Source: a virus
Reading direction: 5' to 3' (one strand)
DNA length: 64,000 nucleotides
IMG/VR virus record: IMGVR_UViG_3300032271_000682
Coordinates: 25,796 to 89,795 of that record
This document shows positions 28,531 to 39,270 of this stretch, piece after piece (the first letter of the stretch is position 1; each line of letters opens with the position of its first letter). The position numbers and the translations under genes are program-made. Under the pieces are notes generated by a model, which saw nothing but the letters and a program-made list of their open reading frames with translations, made no database searches and was not told the origin of the DNA.

Positions 28531-31253
28531 TGAGTTATGTTGATTGTCTGCATGATCGTGATAAAGACGTTATTCACGTTGTAGAACGAGTTGACGGTAA
28601 ACGTATTTACAAAGAGTATCCAACAAACTACGTATTGTATTACGAAGATTCAAAAGGAAAATATCGTTCTGTATACGAAGATTCTCTAAGCAAATTTTCT
28701 TGTAGAAAGCGAACTGAGTTTCAAAAAGAACTTAGAATGCATTCTGGAAAGAAAATATTTGAAAGCGATATTAATCCAGTTTTTCGTATGCTATCAGATA
28801 ATTATCTTGGAAAAGAAAGTCCTAAGCTTCATACATGCTTTTTTGACATTGAAACTGACTTTGATCCACAAAAAGGTTTTGCGCCAACTACTGATCCATT
28901 TAATCCAGTTACCGCTATATCGCTATATCTAGATTGGGCTGATCAATTAGTTACTCTTTGTATTCCTCCTAGACATATGGATCCAGAAACTGTAACAGAG
29001 ATATCCAACTCATTTGAAAACACATTTGTTTTTAAAAATGAAACTGATATGTTCAATATGTTTTTTGAGTTGATTGAAGATGCAGACGTACTAACTGGTT
29101 GGAACTCAGCAGGCTATGATATTCCGTATATGGTTAATAGAGTAACTAGAGTAATGTCTAAAGATGATACTCGCAGATTCTGTTTATGGAATCAATTGCC
29201 AAAACCTAGAACCTATATCATGTTCGATCAAGAACAAGAAACGTATGATCTAAGCGGCAGAATTCATATGGACTATCTAGAACTGTATAAGAAATATAAC
29301 TATGAATCACGACACAGTTATAAGTTAGATAGTATTGGAGAAATGGAAGTTGGAGAAAACAAAACTCAATACGAAGGATCTCTTGATCAATTATACAATA
29401 AAGATTGGCGTAAGTTTTTAGAATACAATCGTCAAGATACTATGTTATTGTTCAAGATTCATGACAAATTAGAGTTTTTATATCTAGCTAACGATATTGC
29501 TCATCAAAACGGAGTATTGTTACCAACTGCCATGGGCAGTGTGGCTATGATTGATCAATCAATTATCAATAAAGCTCACGCTCGTGGTTTTATAGTTCCA
29601 TCAAAAACGAGACAAATACAAAATGACGACGACGATGACGAAAAAGCAGCAGGTGCCTACGTTGCTGTGCCTAAGAAAGGAATCCATGAATCTATCGGGG
29701 CAGTCGACCTTAAATCACTTTACCCGTCAAACATCCGTGCTCTTAACATGGCGCCAGAAACCATCATCGGTCAAATTAGACCGCACATGACCGATAAGTA
29801 CATTTCTGATCGTATGGCAGATTCTATATCAGCCAAAGGAAAGAAAATCAAAGGTATGAAGTTTGCAGAAGCATGGGACGGATTATTTGGTACACTTGAA
29901 TATACTGCAGTAATGAATCAAGAGCGTGGCACTATGCTAACTGTTGATTGGGAACGTGGTGATTCTGAAGAGGCCAGCGCAGCAGAAATTTGGAAAATGA
30001 TATTTGATTCAAATCAACCATGGATGCTATCAGCTAATGGTACTATCTTTACTTATGAAAAAGAGGGTATTATTCCTGGTCTGTTAACTGAATGGTTCAA
30101 TGAACGTATTGAAATACAAAAACAAATGAACTTGGCAACCACTGTCGAAGAGCGTGAGTTTCTTGATAAACGTCAGTTAGTTAGAAAGATTTTACTAAAC
30201 TCTGCATATGGTGCATTACTGAATGAACATAGTAGATTCTATGACATCAGATTGGGTCAAAGTACTACACTGGGCGGTCGTTGTATTGTTAAGCATATGA
30301 GTGCTTTCTTAAACGAAGCAATCACTGGAGTATACGATCATAATGGTGAAGCTATCATTTATGGTGACACTGACTCTTGTTATTTTTCTGCTTGGCCAAT
30401 TTTGTCTAAAGATCCAGAAATGAAAGAACGTTGGAATAAAGACATGGCAATTGAAGTGTATAATGGTCTTAGTGAACAGGTCAATGCATCATTTCCTCAG
30501 TTTATGGAATCATCATTTCATGTGCCTCGTAAAAATGGTAAGATTATTGAGTGTAGCAGAGAACTAGTTGCTGATCGTGGCATCTTTATGACCAAGAAAC
30601 GTTACGCTGTGAATATCTACGACAAAGAAGGCAAACGTCTTGATGTTAATGGTAAGCGTGGTAAGATTAAAGCCATGGGTCTTGATTTGAAACGAGCAGA
30701 TACACCTAAGTATGTTCAGCAATTCTTGTCTAAGATTCTTGATTTTGTACTAGAAGGAACCAATCGTGATGTTATCATTAAAGAGATTAGAGAGTTTAAA
30801 CATCTGTTATCTAAAAATGATCCATGGACTAAAGGTAGACCAATGGGCGTCAAGAAAATAACTCACTACGCTGAATTACTAAAAAGAGAAGCACAATCTA
30901 CCACTAGAAGAATGACTAAGAAAGTAAGCCCACCCGGTCACGTTAATGCTTCTATCAATTGGAATTTCTTACGTGATATGAATGGAGACAAATATTCACA
31001 AAAAATTGTGGATGGAATGAAGATTGTAGTTTGTCAACTTAAAGATAATCCACTTCAGATGACTTCAGTTGCTTATCCAGTAGATCAGCTAAGATTGCCA
31101 ACTTGGTTTAAAGATTTGCCATTTGATGAAGAGGCAATGATGCAGTCTTTGGTTAACGATAAGATTGAGAATTTGATTGGAGTTCTTAACTGGGACGTAG
31201 AAGCAGATAGCAATATTAATAGCACATTCTCTTCGCTATTCTCATTCGGTTAA
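28530..31253 (+). CDS. Family B DNA polymerase (T4 gp43-like)
   Basis: FDIETD exo I, DLKSLYPS, KILLNSAYG, YGDTDS, KKRY. Confidence 0.97.
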   Translation: MSYVDCLHDRDKDVIHVVERVDGKRIYKEYPTNYVLYYEDSKGKYRSVYEDSLSKFSCRKRTEFQKELRMHSGKKIFESDINPVFRMLSDNYLGKESPKLHTCFFDIETDFDPQKGFAPTTDPFNPVTAISLYLDWADQLVTLCIPPRHMDPETVTEISNSFENTFVFKNETDMFNMFFELIEDADVLTGWNSAGYDIPYMVNRVTRVMSKDDTRRFCLWNQLPKPRTYIMFDQEQETYDLSGRIHMDYLELYKKYNYESRHSYKLDSIGEMEVGENKTQYEGSLDQLYNKDWRKFLEYNRQDTMLLFKIHDKLEFLYLANDIAHQNGVLLPTAMGSVAMIDQSIINKAHARGFIVPSKTRQIQNDDDDDEKAAGAYVAVPKKGIHESIGAVDLKSLYPSNIRALNMAPETIIGQIRPHMTDKYISDRMADSISAKGKKIKGMKFAEAWDGLFGTLEYTAVMNQERGTMLTVDWERGDSEEASAAEIWKMIFDSNQPWMLSANGTIFTYEKEGIIPGLLTEWFNERIEIQKQMNLATTVEEREFLDKRQLVRKILLNSAYGALLNEHSRFYDIRLGQSTTLGGRCIVKHMSAFLNEAITGVYDHNGEAIIYGDTDSCYFSAWPILSKDPEMKERWNKDMAIEVYNGLSEQVNASFPQFMESSFHVPRKNGKIIECSRELVADRGIFMTKKRYAVNIYDKEGKRLDVNGKRGKIKAMGLDLKRADTPKYVQQFLSKILDFVLEGTNRDVIIKEIREFKHLLSKNDPWTKGRPMGVKKITHYAELLKREAQSTTRRMTKKVSPPGHVNASINWNFLRDMNGDKYSQKIVDGMKIVVCQLKDNPLQMTSVAYPVDQLRLPTWFKDLPFDEEAMMQSLVNDKIENLIGVLNWDVEADSNINSTFSSLFSFG

Positions 31254-31316
31254 TGTGTCCAATAGTATTGACTTAACTCAATCATTATAGTATTATAACT
31301 TATATAAAGGAAAAAC

Positions 31317-32048
31317 ATGAAAGATAATTTAAATGACATGATTAGTCATACTTCTCAATTGGGATTTATTGATCTAATCAAAGTCGTTGGAACTGATAAA
31401 CAAACTGTAATTGCAGCTTTGGCAGAAGATAGATCAGTGATTGTAAGTGGAAAATTTAAAGTTCCAATGTTAGAATTCGTTGGCACATTTGGAATGCCAA
31501 ATTTGGCTAAACTTAAAACCATTCTTGGTTTTGATGAGTATGATGAGAACGCAACTCTTACTATGATTAGTGATAATCTAGAATATCCAGATGCTCCAAC
31601 TGCTATTCACTTTGAAACTCAGAGTGGAGACTTTGTAAACGATTATAGATTAATGATGCAATCTATCATTGAAACTAAATTGCCAGATGTTAAGTTTGCT
31701 GGCGCAACTTGGAATATTAATTTTGAACCTAAAATTGCCAATATTCAAAGATTACAAAAGCAATCTGGTGCTAATAGTGAATCAACTACATTCGTTACAA
31801 AAATGGATGGAACTAATCTCAAGATTTACTTTGGTGACGTTAGCAGTCATAGTGCTAACTTTGTATTTGAGAGTGATGTAGTTGGAACATTATCTAGATC
31901 ATGGGCATGGCCTACAAAACAGTTTATCAGTGTTATGCAATGTGTTGGAGATAAAAAGATTTATATCTCTGATCAGGGCGCAATGAAAATCACTGTTGAT
32001 AGTGGCATTGCTGATTATGAATATTTATTTCCAGCACAACAACCTTAA
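31317..32048 (+). CDS. Putative sliding clamp (gp45-like)
   Basis: 243 aa directly after PolB; beta-rich pattern ending YEYLFPA. Confidence 0.6.
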   Translation: MKDNLNDMISHTSQLGFIDLIKVVGTDKQTVIAALAEDRSVIVSGKFKVPMLEFVGTFGMPNLAKLKTILGFDEYDENATLTMISDNLEYPDAPTAIHFETQSGDFVNDYRLMMQSIIETKLPDVKFAGATWNINFEPKIANIQRLQKQSGANSESTTFVTKMDGTNLKIYFGDVSSHSANFVFESDVVGTLSRSWAWPTKQFISVMQCVGDKKIYISDQGAMKITVDSGIADYEYLFPAQQP

Positions 32049-32050
32049 GT

Positions 32051-32431
32051 ATGATTAATAATTATCTGACCACTAGTGGTAACGGAATCGTTATTATGGG
32101 CGCAGATCAGCAGTCAATGCCACACATTAACGAATCTATAACTCCGTATCCAGATGGCACTGGTAGATTATGCTACAACGGAGATATTAAATATGTTAAT
32201 GGATCACATCATATTTTCAGAAATGGAGTATGGCAGCATCTACCATATACTTCACTAAGTATAGGATTGACTACTGAATTTGAAAATGCCATACGTTGGG
32301 CTGAAAAGAAAATGAAACAAGAAGATAGACTTTTGCAAATGGCAAAAGAATATCCAGTGGTTTTGACTGCTCTTGATAATTTGAAAACAGCACAAGAACA
32401 AGTAGATATAATTGCGGCATTGGTGAAATAA
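32051..32431 (+). CDS. Hypothetical protein
   Basis: 126-aa ORF in operon. Confidence 0.6.
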   Translation: MINNYLTTSGNGIVIMGADQQSMPHINESITPYPDGTGRLCYNGDIKYVNGSHHIFRNGVWQHLPYTSLSIGLTTEFENAIRWAEKKMKQEDRLLQMAKEYPVVLTALDNLKTAQEQVDIIAALVK

Positions 32432-32432
32432 C

Positions 32433-32783
32433 ATGTCAGATCAACGAGAAATAGCACTAGCTGAAAATAGACGTAGAATTATTTTTGGAGCAAATAGAAT
32501 GTACTGGCTAACATCGTTGATTTGGCATGATTATACATTTAATTTTGCCGTTCAGATTAAGTACAATCATATATTAAAAAATACTGACGAGTTAGAGTTG
32601 TCCACATTACTTGACGATATATCAATTACTGTGTTACAATATGACTTGTCTACACTAATAATGATCAGTGATACTCTTTATGATAAGATCGCTGAATATT
32701 ATACCACTCACGATATTCAAATTGATATTGTGAATTTAAATCAACCGGTACTTAGTACCACTTATACTAGCAAACCGCTATAG
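32433..32783 (+). CDS. Hypothetical protein, possibly degenerate QueD/PTPS-like T-fold
   Basis: C-terminal MISDTLYDKIAEYYTTHDIQIDIV recalls phage PTPS-like proteins; no His motif. Confidence 0.35.
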   Translation: MSDQREIALAENRRRIIFGANRMYWLTSLIWHDYTFNFAVQIKYNHILKNTDELELSTLLDDISITVLQYDLSTLIMISDTLYDKIAEYYTTHDIQIDIVNLNQPVLSTTYTSKPL

Positions 32784-32795
32784 TAGGAAATTATC

Positions 32796-33032
32796 ATGGC
32801 AAAAGTACAAATTCAATCCAATCCTCGTGTTAAACAAATCTTTGATGATTTGAATAAGTTCAAGGACTTCTGTGTAGAGTATGGATATAAATTTGATGAA
32901 TCATGCTTATACAATATGCGTAATTATGCATATCAACAGTATAGCAAATTCATCGCTCAGAAAAACTTTAAAAATCAATGGGCAGAAGACGGCAAACGTT
33001 TTGCTCAAATTGCTGAACGATATCAGTCATGA
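32796..33032 (+). CDS. Conserved-looking small phage protein
   Basis: IFDDLNKFKDFCVEYGYKFDE; AGGA RBS. Confidence 0.65.
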   Translation: MAKVQIQSNPRVKQIFDDLNKFKDFCVEYGYKFDESCLYNMRNYAYQQYSKFIAQKNFKNQWAEDGKRFAQIAERYQS

Positions 33033-33181
33033 AATCATTAGTCTATTTTATGTTTATCATTCTTTGGCTTTGCGGTATCGTTATTGCCAAAGGTTTCTGG
33101 TCAACGTTCTTCGCGTTAGTGTTTCCATTCTGGGGATATTATCTTGTCGCTGAACAACTGGTACACAAATACTTATTATGA
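33029..33181 (+). CDS. Small membrane protein (50 aa)
   Basis: ATGA overlaps at both ends; two hydrophobic segments. Confidence 0.6.
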   Translation: MKSLVYFMFIILWLCGIVIAKGFWSTFFALVFPFWGYYLVAEQLVHKYLL

Positions 33182-34197
33182 ACAAACGAATCGGGTTTGC
33201 ATGTAAATGGATTGATACTCCAGATCAAACTGACGGTATCAAACCAAAAGACAATGCTCGTCAATACACGACAGGTACTACAACAGTAGCTTGGCTTTCA
33301 CGTCAAACTCGTGACGTTGCTGAACAACGTCTGTGGGACTTAATGGTAGGTAACATCGAGGCAACACGCAAACTAGTAGAAAAGGTAGGAACACTAAATG
33401 AACGATTACGTATGGTACGTCTTAGTAGCGATATCTTGCCCGTTTATACTCATTGCGATTGGAGTTATTTCTGGGCTAGGAGTGACGTTATTACGTACTG
33501 CGAAAAGCACTTTAGATCGATTGGAGATAGTGCTATCGCTCGTGGGGTTAGGCTTAGTTTTCATCCAGGTCAGTTTACTGTTCTGGCTAGTGCTAACGAC
33601 AACATTGTAGAAAACTCAATAAAGGAATTTGAATATCATGCAGACATGGCTAGATGGATGGGCTACGGAAAAAGTTTTCAAGACTTCAAAATCAACGTTC
33701 ACATTTCCGGCAAACGCGGCCCGCAAGGTATCCGTGAAGTATTGGGCAGATTGTCATCAGAAGCTCGTAACTGTATCACGTTAGAGAATGAGGAGTGCGC
33801 TTGGGGTTTAGATGATTGTCTCAGTCTTAGCGATGTTGTCCCCACTGTATTAGATATACATCACAACTGGATAAAAACAGGTGAATACATTGATACAAAT
33901 AGTGACAGTGTTAAACGAGTTATAGATAGCTGGAGGGGCATACGTCCTACTATGCACTACTCAGTCAGCCGCGAAGATGTTCTAGCGGATCATTGTAAAA
34001 AAACATTGCCTGATCGTGATCTCTTAATCAAGAATGGTAGCAACAAGCAGAAATTACGTGCTCATTCGGACTTCTATTGGAATACCGCGGTAAGTGATTG
34101 GGCGTTATCGTTCAATGACAACTTTGATATCATGTGTGAATCAAAAGGAAAAAATCTTGCCTCATTTGAATTATATGAACGAACTAAAAACGTCTGA
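33178..34197 (+). CDS. uvsE: UV damage endonuclease (UvsE/UvdE)
   Basis: RIGFAC, RLSSD, SFHPGQF, LENEE, LDIHH, RAHSD, MCESKGK. Confidence 0.92.
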   Translation: MNKRIGFACKWIDTPDQTDGIKPKDNARQYTTGTTTVAWLSRQTRDVAEQRLWDLMVGNIEATRKLVEKVGTLNERLRMVRLSSDILPVYTHCDWSYFWARSDVITYCEKHFRSIGDSAIARGVRLSFHPGQFTVLASANDNIVENSIKEFEYHADMARWMGYGKSFQDFKINVHISGKRGPQGIREVLGRLSSEARNCITLENEECAWGLDDCLSLSDVVPTVLDIHHNWIKTGEYIDTNSDSVKRVIDSWRGIRPTMHYSVSREDVLADHCKKTLPDRDLLIKNGSNKQKLRAHSDFYWNTAVSDWALSFNDNFDIMCESKGKNLASFELYERTKNV

Positions 34198-34429
34198 TTT
34201 TAATTTACCTATTAGTCCATTCTTAGATAATGCTACTAATTGGTATCTTAGTAGTCATACTAATTGTTATGATGATCATGACTTTCTTTATTCTAAGTAT
34301 AAAGATTGGATGAGTGAACAAGGAGTTGTCATTAAAAATCGTGATCTGAGAAATAAAGATAATTATCCTTTTTTAGATTTCGTAGACGAGCAATCAATGA
34401 TTATCTTTATTCTACGATGGGGAAATTAA
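34175..34429 (+). CDS. Small protein of the F-x-L-[RK]-W-tail paralog family
   Basis: C-terminal FVDEQSMIIFILRWGN. Confidence 0.6.
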   Translation: MNELKTSDFNLPISPFLDNATNWYLSSHTNCYDDHDFLYSKYKDWMSEQGVVIKNRDLRNKDNYPFLDFVDEQSMIIFILRWGN

Positions 34430-34460
34430 GCAAACACAATGTTAATCTATAAATATAACT

Positions 34461-34934
34461 ATGTTAAATAAACTTAAAAGTCTCTTTCAAAAATCAGTTT
34501 CTATTCCAGAAATAGTCCCAGATGTAGTAGTAGAATCTCCAAAGGAAAAGAAACCTAGAAAACCCAGAAAACCTAAAGAAATTACTGTTCCAGTAAAAAC
34601 AGAAAAAGAATTAGCAACTGAAATGGGCGAACCATATATATCTATTTTAAAAATAGATATAGACCCAAATAATATCAATGCCGGATCATTTGAGTTAGAT
34701 TGGAATTCTAAGTTTGCAGCCAATTTGGCTCGTGCTGGATATCAAATGAAACCGGGTGAATCCGAGGATGTTATAGTCGATAGATGGTTTAAAGAAATTT
34801 GCCGTAATATCGTATTGGAAATGTACGAACAAGATCAGGCGGATCCAGAAAATAGAGAAGTGGATATGCTCAAAGAAGAACTTCGTCATATTCGTTCTAA
34901 AGATATTGGAAATGGCCGAACTGAAATAAGCTAA
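34461..34934 (+). CDS. Late hypothetical protein
   Basis: TATAAATA immediately upstream; FELDWN...IVDRWF. Confidence 0.7.
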   Translation: MLNKLKSLFQKSVSIPEIVPDVVVESPKEKKPRKPRKPKEITVPVKTEKELATEMGEPYISILKIDIDPNNINAGSFELDWNSKFAANLARAGYQMKPGESEDVIVDRWFKEICRNIVLEMYEQDQADPENREVDMLKEELRHIRSKDIGNGRTEIS

Positions 34935-35008
34935 TCTATCCAAATTCATTGACAATAATGCTTTTTTATTCTATAATATACATATATTATAGATAAATAA
35001 GAGCCACA

Positions 35009-36031
35009 ATGAAATATATTTTGATCGATACTGCTAATTTGTTCTTTAAATCACGTCACTTTGCTAGTCGTGGCAGCGATGATTGGGAAAAGATCGGCAT
35101 GGCTTTACATCTTACACTTTCTGGTGTTCAAAGTATAGTCAGACGTTTTGTAGGAACTGAACCATGTCACGTTATCTTTGCACTAGAGGGTCGTTCATGG
35201 CGTAAAGACTTTTATACTCCGTACAAAGCAAATCGTGCCGTTAAGCGTGCAGCTCTGACTGAAAAAGAAGTTGAGCAAGATCAAATGTTCTGGGATACTT
35301 ATGACACATTTACCAAATTTCTTGACGAAAAAACAAATGTATCAGTATTACGATGCCCTACTGCCGAGGCAGATGACATTATTGCACGCTTTGTTCAAAC
35401 TCATCCAGATGATGAGCATTTCATTATTAGCAGTGATGGTGACTTTGCTCAACTGATTGCATCTAATGTTAAACAATATAATTCAATGGCTGGTCATTTG
35501 ATCACGCTTGAAGGATTCTATGATGACAAGGGTAAAGAAGTTAAAGATAAGAAAACCAAAGAGCATAAGAAACTAGAAGAACCACAGTATTTACTTTTTG
35601 AAAAGTGTATGCGTGGTGATACTAGTGACAATGTATTTTCTGCTTATCCGGGTGTTAGAACTAAGGGTACAAAGAAGTCAATTGGTCTAATCGATGCCTA
35701 TGCTGATCGTGAACGTAAAGGATTCAACTGGAATAACATGATGCTACAGCGTTGGGTTGATCATAATGGCGTTGAGCATCGTGTAACAGATGACTATCAA
35801 CGTAACGTCACATTATGTGATCTTACTGCTCAACCACAAGAAATTAAAGATGCGGTCGATCAATGTATTCAGGATCAAATCAGAGTAGTTCCTAAGACTG
35901 GAGTTGGAATGAATTTGATGAAATTCGTAGCAAAATACGAACTGACTAAAATCAGTGAACAGGTCGAACAGTATGCTCGGTGGATGAATGCCACTTATGA
36001 TGGCCCACTTAAGGAAAAAACGAATGAGTGA
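35009..36031 (+). CDS. RNase H / 5'-3' flap exonuclease (T4 rnh-like)
   Basis: LIDTAN, SWRK, YKANR, EADD, SSDGDF, GDTSDN; promoter TTGACA(34949)-17-TATAAT. Confidence 0.92.
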   Translation: MKYILIDTANLFFKSRHFASRGSDDWEKIGMALHLTLSGVQSIVRRFVGTEPCHVIFALEGRSWRKDFYTPYKANRAVKRAALTEKEVEQDQMFWDTYDTFTKFLDEKTNVSVLRCPTAEADDIIARFVQTHPDDEHFIISSDGDFAQLIASNVKQYNSMAGHLITLEGFYDDKGKEVKDKKTKEHKKLEEPQYLLFEKCMRGDTSDNVFSAYPGVRTKGTKKSIGLIDAYADRERKGFNWNNMMLQRWVDHNGVEHRVTDDYQRNVTLCDLTAQPQEIKDAVDQCIQDQIRVVPKTGVGMNLMKFVAKYELTKISEQVEQYARWMNATYDGPLKEKTNE

Positions 36032-36175
36032 CAAAGAAGAAATTGAATTAGAATTCACAGATGAAGAGCTATTAACATACATGAAAATGGCTCATAAATT
36101 GGATATTACATTCAACGAACTTATTGAACGAGCAATAAAATCAATGATTGAAAATTATAAACCAGAGGACAAATC

Positions 36176-36622
36176 ATGAATCTAATAGCAAAAACAATTG
36201 TAAAGAATCAGCTTTGGGTTATCACAGACGGTAATCGTAAAATTGGTAACGTTGAGGCAGATCAAACTGGATATTGTGTCAAAATCGGTGGTGACACTAG
36301 ACACTATGCTGACACAAAATCAATTGAGCAGATTTTTAAAGTTGAATTTGATATTCCTAAAAAAATAGCAAAAACAGAAGAACTTCCATATGCTCGTTGG
36401 CCAACTGAGGGTAAAACCTATAACAATTTCTATGATATAAAACGTAAATTACACGTTTATACAAAAACTCCAAAAAGTCTTTGCTATCACTGTGCTGGAT
36501 ATTTTCGTATCAATATGAATGGAACATGGGAAACTATTTTTTGTCCTAAGTATATTTTCGTTCAACGATATGAAAATAGTGGGCCATTTAATTCTGAGAT
36601 AGAAGCTTCGCTAACTAAATAG
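36176..36622 (+). CDS. Hypothetical phage protein
   Basis: 148-aa ORF in operon. Confidence 0.65.
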   Translation: MNLIAKTIVKNQLWVITDGNRKIGNVEADQTGYCVKIGGDTRHYADTKSIEQIFKVEFDIPKKIAKTEELPYARWPTEGKTYNNFYDIKRKLHVYTKTPKSLCYHCAGYFRINMNGTWETIFCPKYIFVQRYENSGPFNSEIEASLTK

Positions 36623-36820
36623 TAATATGGTAAACATTAAACGTTTTATAGATCGTGTAAGTAGTATGGATCAAAGTCCAGGTAAAAATCTTGTCTTGCC
36701 GGCACAAGAGGCTAGACAATTACGTGATGAAATTGTCAAATTATTGGCTGATAAATTAGAAGCATATCAAACTGCTCCACAAGAGACAATTCAAATTGAA
36801 CTTGGTGGCGGTAAGTTTTA

Positions 36821-37111
36821 ATGTCTAGAACACAACCAAAAATACTATTAGAAATAGTAGACAAACAAACTTACAAGATTGATCAAGTGGTCGAGGCTAA
36901 TGGTATCTGGGCTGTATTTTATTTAGATCAACCAATCAATCTTAAGAATCAACACTACTTGGATAGTAATTCGGTTCCTAAATACAAAAAGACTAGTTTT
37001 TCAAATCCAGGACATGCCAGAAATCTATGTCGTAAATTGAATAGTCAATTTAAAACTGATAAGTTTAGTGTAGTATTCTTGAATCAGGGTCAAAAAGTTT
37101 ATCCAGATTAA
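36821..37111 (+). CDS. Conserved-looking phage protein
   Basis: KYKKTSFSNPGHARNL motif. Confidence 0.65.
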   Translation: MSRTQPKILLEIVDKQTYKIDQVVEANGIWAVFYLDQPINLKNQHYLDSNSVPKYKKTSFSNPGHARNLCRKLNSQFKTDKFSVVFLNQGQKVYPD

Positions 37112-37828
37112 TGAGATATCATGATAACGTTCGTCACTGATAAAAAAACAATAATTAACGCAGTATTATTGTTATTACCTACAGATGAAATAGAAATGTT
37201 AGATAGTGCTATGAAAACATGGTGGACTAATATTAGACGAACAGAAGGATTGGGATTGACTGGTGGACTAGGGCTAACTGAGCATGGCGATAAGATGTTT
37301 CAGCTTGCCAGGTTAGAAAGTTACGATTTTGAAATTATCCCTGACCCTAAGATTGGTCTTTTATTCATGACTATAATGATAAATCGAGAACTTACTTGTC
37401 CTCATTTCATGTATTATGAAAACAAAAAAAGATATATTCGAATTTATGATAGTAGAATAGCAATGATAATAGCATTAGAGGGTAGCGTAAATGATTACTT
37501 ATCAAAGTTAGTAAGTAGAAAAAAGGAGATCAATAATGACCGAACCAAAGCGTAATCCAAATCCATTTATTAGAGCAGCAATGGAAGCAAAGAATATCAG
37601 AGAACAAAAGTTTAATATTTCTGGAGTTCAAGACAAAGCAGAACAAGTTGGCAAAGTAGTAAAAATGTCTTCAGTTCCAAAAGCAGCAAAAGTAATGCGT
37701 AAAGCAGGGCGTGGTAGATAATATATATTTATATTATGTTGCTATACAGCATAAGTAAGATTGAAGAACACAATTTTTCAATCATAATTTAAGAATTACA
37801 ATTTCTTAAACACACACAGGAGAAAATT

Positions 37829-37993
37829 ATGAAAATGTACACGATGTTACAAAGACTTGCGGAAATGTTTCCAAAGCAAGATTATCACACTAGACTAGAA
37901 AGATATCTAGAATCAAAAAATGTTAAATCTATATCAGATATAGAGCATTGGGCAAAACAATTTGAACAAAATTCTGATAGAGGATTAGCATAA
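37829..37993 (+). CDS. Small protein, DUF3563-like (54 aa)
   Basis: RLERYLES...SISDIEHWAKQFE; acacacacaggaga leader. Confidence 0.5.
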   Translation: MKMYTMLQRLAEMFPKQDYHTRLERYLESKNVKSISDIEHWAKQFEQNSDRGLA

Positions 37994-38139
37994 TGAAATC
38001 ATTAATTAAAAAAATAGCAGTATCTATCTACTCATTTTTTGAGCATATCGGACAAGCTAGAGCGGCAGGAATACTTGCTAGATCAGGTAACTTCGAAGCA
38101 GCTAAAGCAGTAATGATGTCAGACAAGAAACCAGCTTAA
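37993..38139 (+). CDS. Small hypothetical protein (48 aa)
   Basis: TAATG coupling; GQARAAGILARSG. Confidence 0.55.
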   Translation: MKSLIKKIAVSIYSFFEHIGQARAAGILARSGNFEAAKAVMMSDKKPA

Positions 38140-38222
38140 CCAAATTACTTGTAATCTAATAAATTATAAAGTATAATAGTACTACAGTAGAGATACTGTT
38201 TTGACACACACAGGAGATTATT

Positions 38223-38489
38223 ATGTCATTTGAAACACCAAAACTACCAGAAGTTAAGTTCAACAAGAACGGCTATGAGATTCGTACAGAAATCTTAGAT
38301 ATGGCTAAGAGTATGCTTAGTGAAGAATTTCACGCTAAGTTTCTAGGATGGGAAATGTCTACTGCCAAAGATGAAAAAACCGGCAAATTGGTTACTACTG
38401 TTGGTATGCCAGAATTTCCAGGACTTGACAAAGTTCTTGAAACAGCAGAAAAAATGTATGCTTTTGTAAACGCAACAGTCAAGAAGTAA
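38223..38489 (+). CDS. Hypothetical phage protein
   Basis: NKNGYEIRTEILDMAK; acacacacaggaga leader. Confidence 0.7.
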   Translation: MSFETPKLPEVKFNKNGYEIRTEILDMAKSMLSEEFHAKFLGWEMSTAKDEKTGKLVTTVGMPEFPGLDKVLETAEKMYAFVNATVKK

Positions 38490-38492
38490 TAC

Positions 38493-38783
38493 ATGAAAGA
38501 AATTCTATTCAATATTATTGAATGGATTAGCCAAGATTTTAAAAGCAACAAAGTTCGTTGTATTTTAGAAATCTTGGCTTGGTTTTTGAGTGTCACATGT
38601 TCAGTCATTATGATGATCACTGTACCTACACCTCCATTTCTTATATTATATCCAATGTTCATAGCTCAGTGTATGATATTTACATGGGCATCTTATACTA
38701 GGCGATCATTTGGAATGTTAGCCAACTATATGTTATTGAGTACCATCGATCTAGTCGCTCTTACTAGATTAGTCATGATGTAA
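38493..38783 (+). CDS. Small membrane protein (about 3 TM)
   Basis: Hydrophobic segments. Confidence 0.65.
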   Translation: MKEILFNIIEWISQDFKSNKVRCILEILAWFLSVTCSVIMMITVPTPPFLILYPMFIAQCMIFTWASYTRRSFGMLANYMLLSTIDLVALTRLVMM

Positions 38784-38990
38784 TATATTTGCACTAAATA
38801 TGTCATATGATTGTAACAATCATATTATACGAACTGAAAAACGGACAAACTATGAGCAAAATTCGTTGTGTGCAGTGTCAGATCAATTTTAAGAATTACT
38901 TTACATTTTCTCAACACGATTGTGTCGTAAAAGAAGAAGAAATGTCATCAAAAGAGTTGTTGTACCGTTACAACACTTTAAAAATACTCA

Positions 38991-39053
38991 TTGACTACAA
39001 GTCCAACTAGTGATATAATTACACATACACTAGAGAAACACTAGAGAAAAGGA
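38991..39053 (+). promoter_or_regulatory. sigma70 early promoter + duplicated AC-rich leader
   Basis: TTGACT-17-TATAAT; acactagagaa occurs twice. Confidence 0.75.
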
Positions 39054-39183
39054 CAGAAAATGCTTGCTATTGATACTCGGTCTAATCGTGTGGTTCGTGT
39101 AATTGGTCGTACTATTTTGAAGGATTTCTTAGTACGTTTGCCGTCTGGAACACAAGATTCTGTGCCTATTGCTTACATTAAAC

Positions 39184-39263
39184 TGTTGTAAAAATACAAC
39201 ACTGTTATTTTGACAATAAATCCATTTTACTGTACAATGTACACTTACACTAGAGAAAAAGGA
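39184..39263 (+). promoter_or_regulatory. Palindrome + sigma70 promoter + AC-rich leader cassette
   Basis: TGTTG-TAAAAATA-CAACA 39184-39201; TTGACA(39210)-17-TACAAT; near-copy of 14204-14281. Confidence 0.8.
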
Positions 39264-39270
39264 ACAGTAC

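Noticed and set aside
28530-31253. Intein or intron in DNA polymerase
   Set aside because: Length (907 aa) and motif spacing are normal, with no intein termini or frame break.
37736-37752. ATGTTGCTATACAGCAT imperfect palindrome as a PhaR-like operator
   Set aside because: Single imperfect copy and no recognisable phasin gene nearby; cannot be supported.
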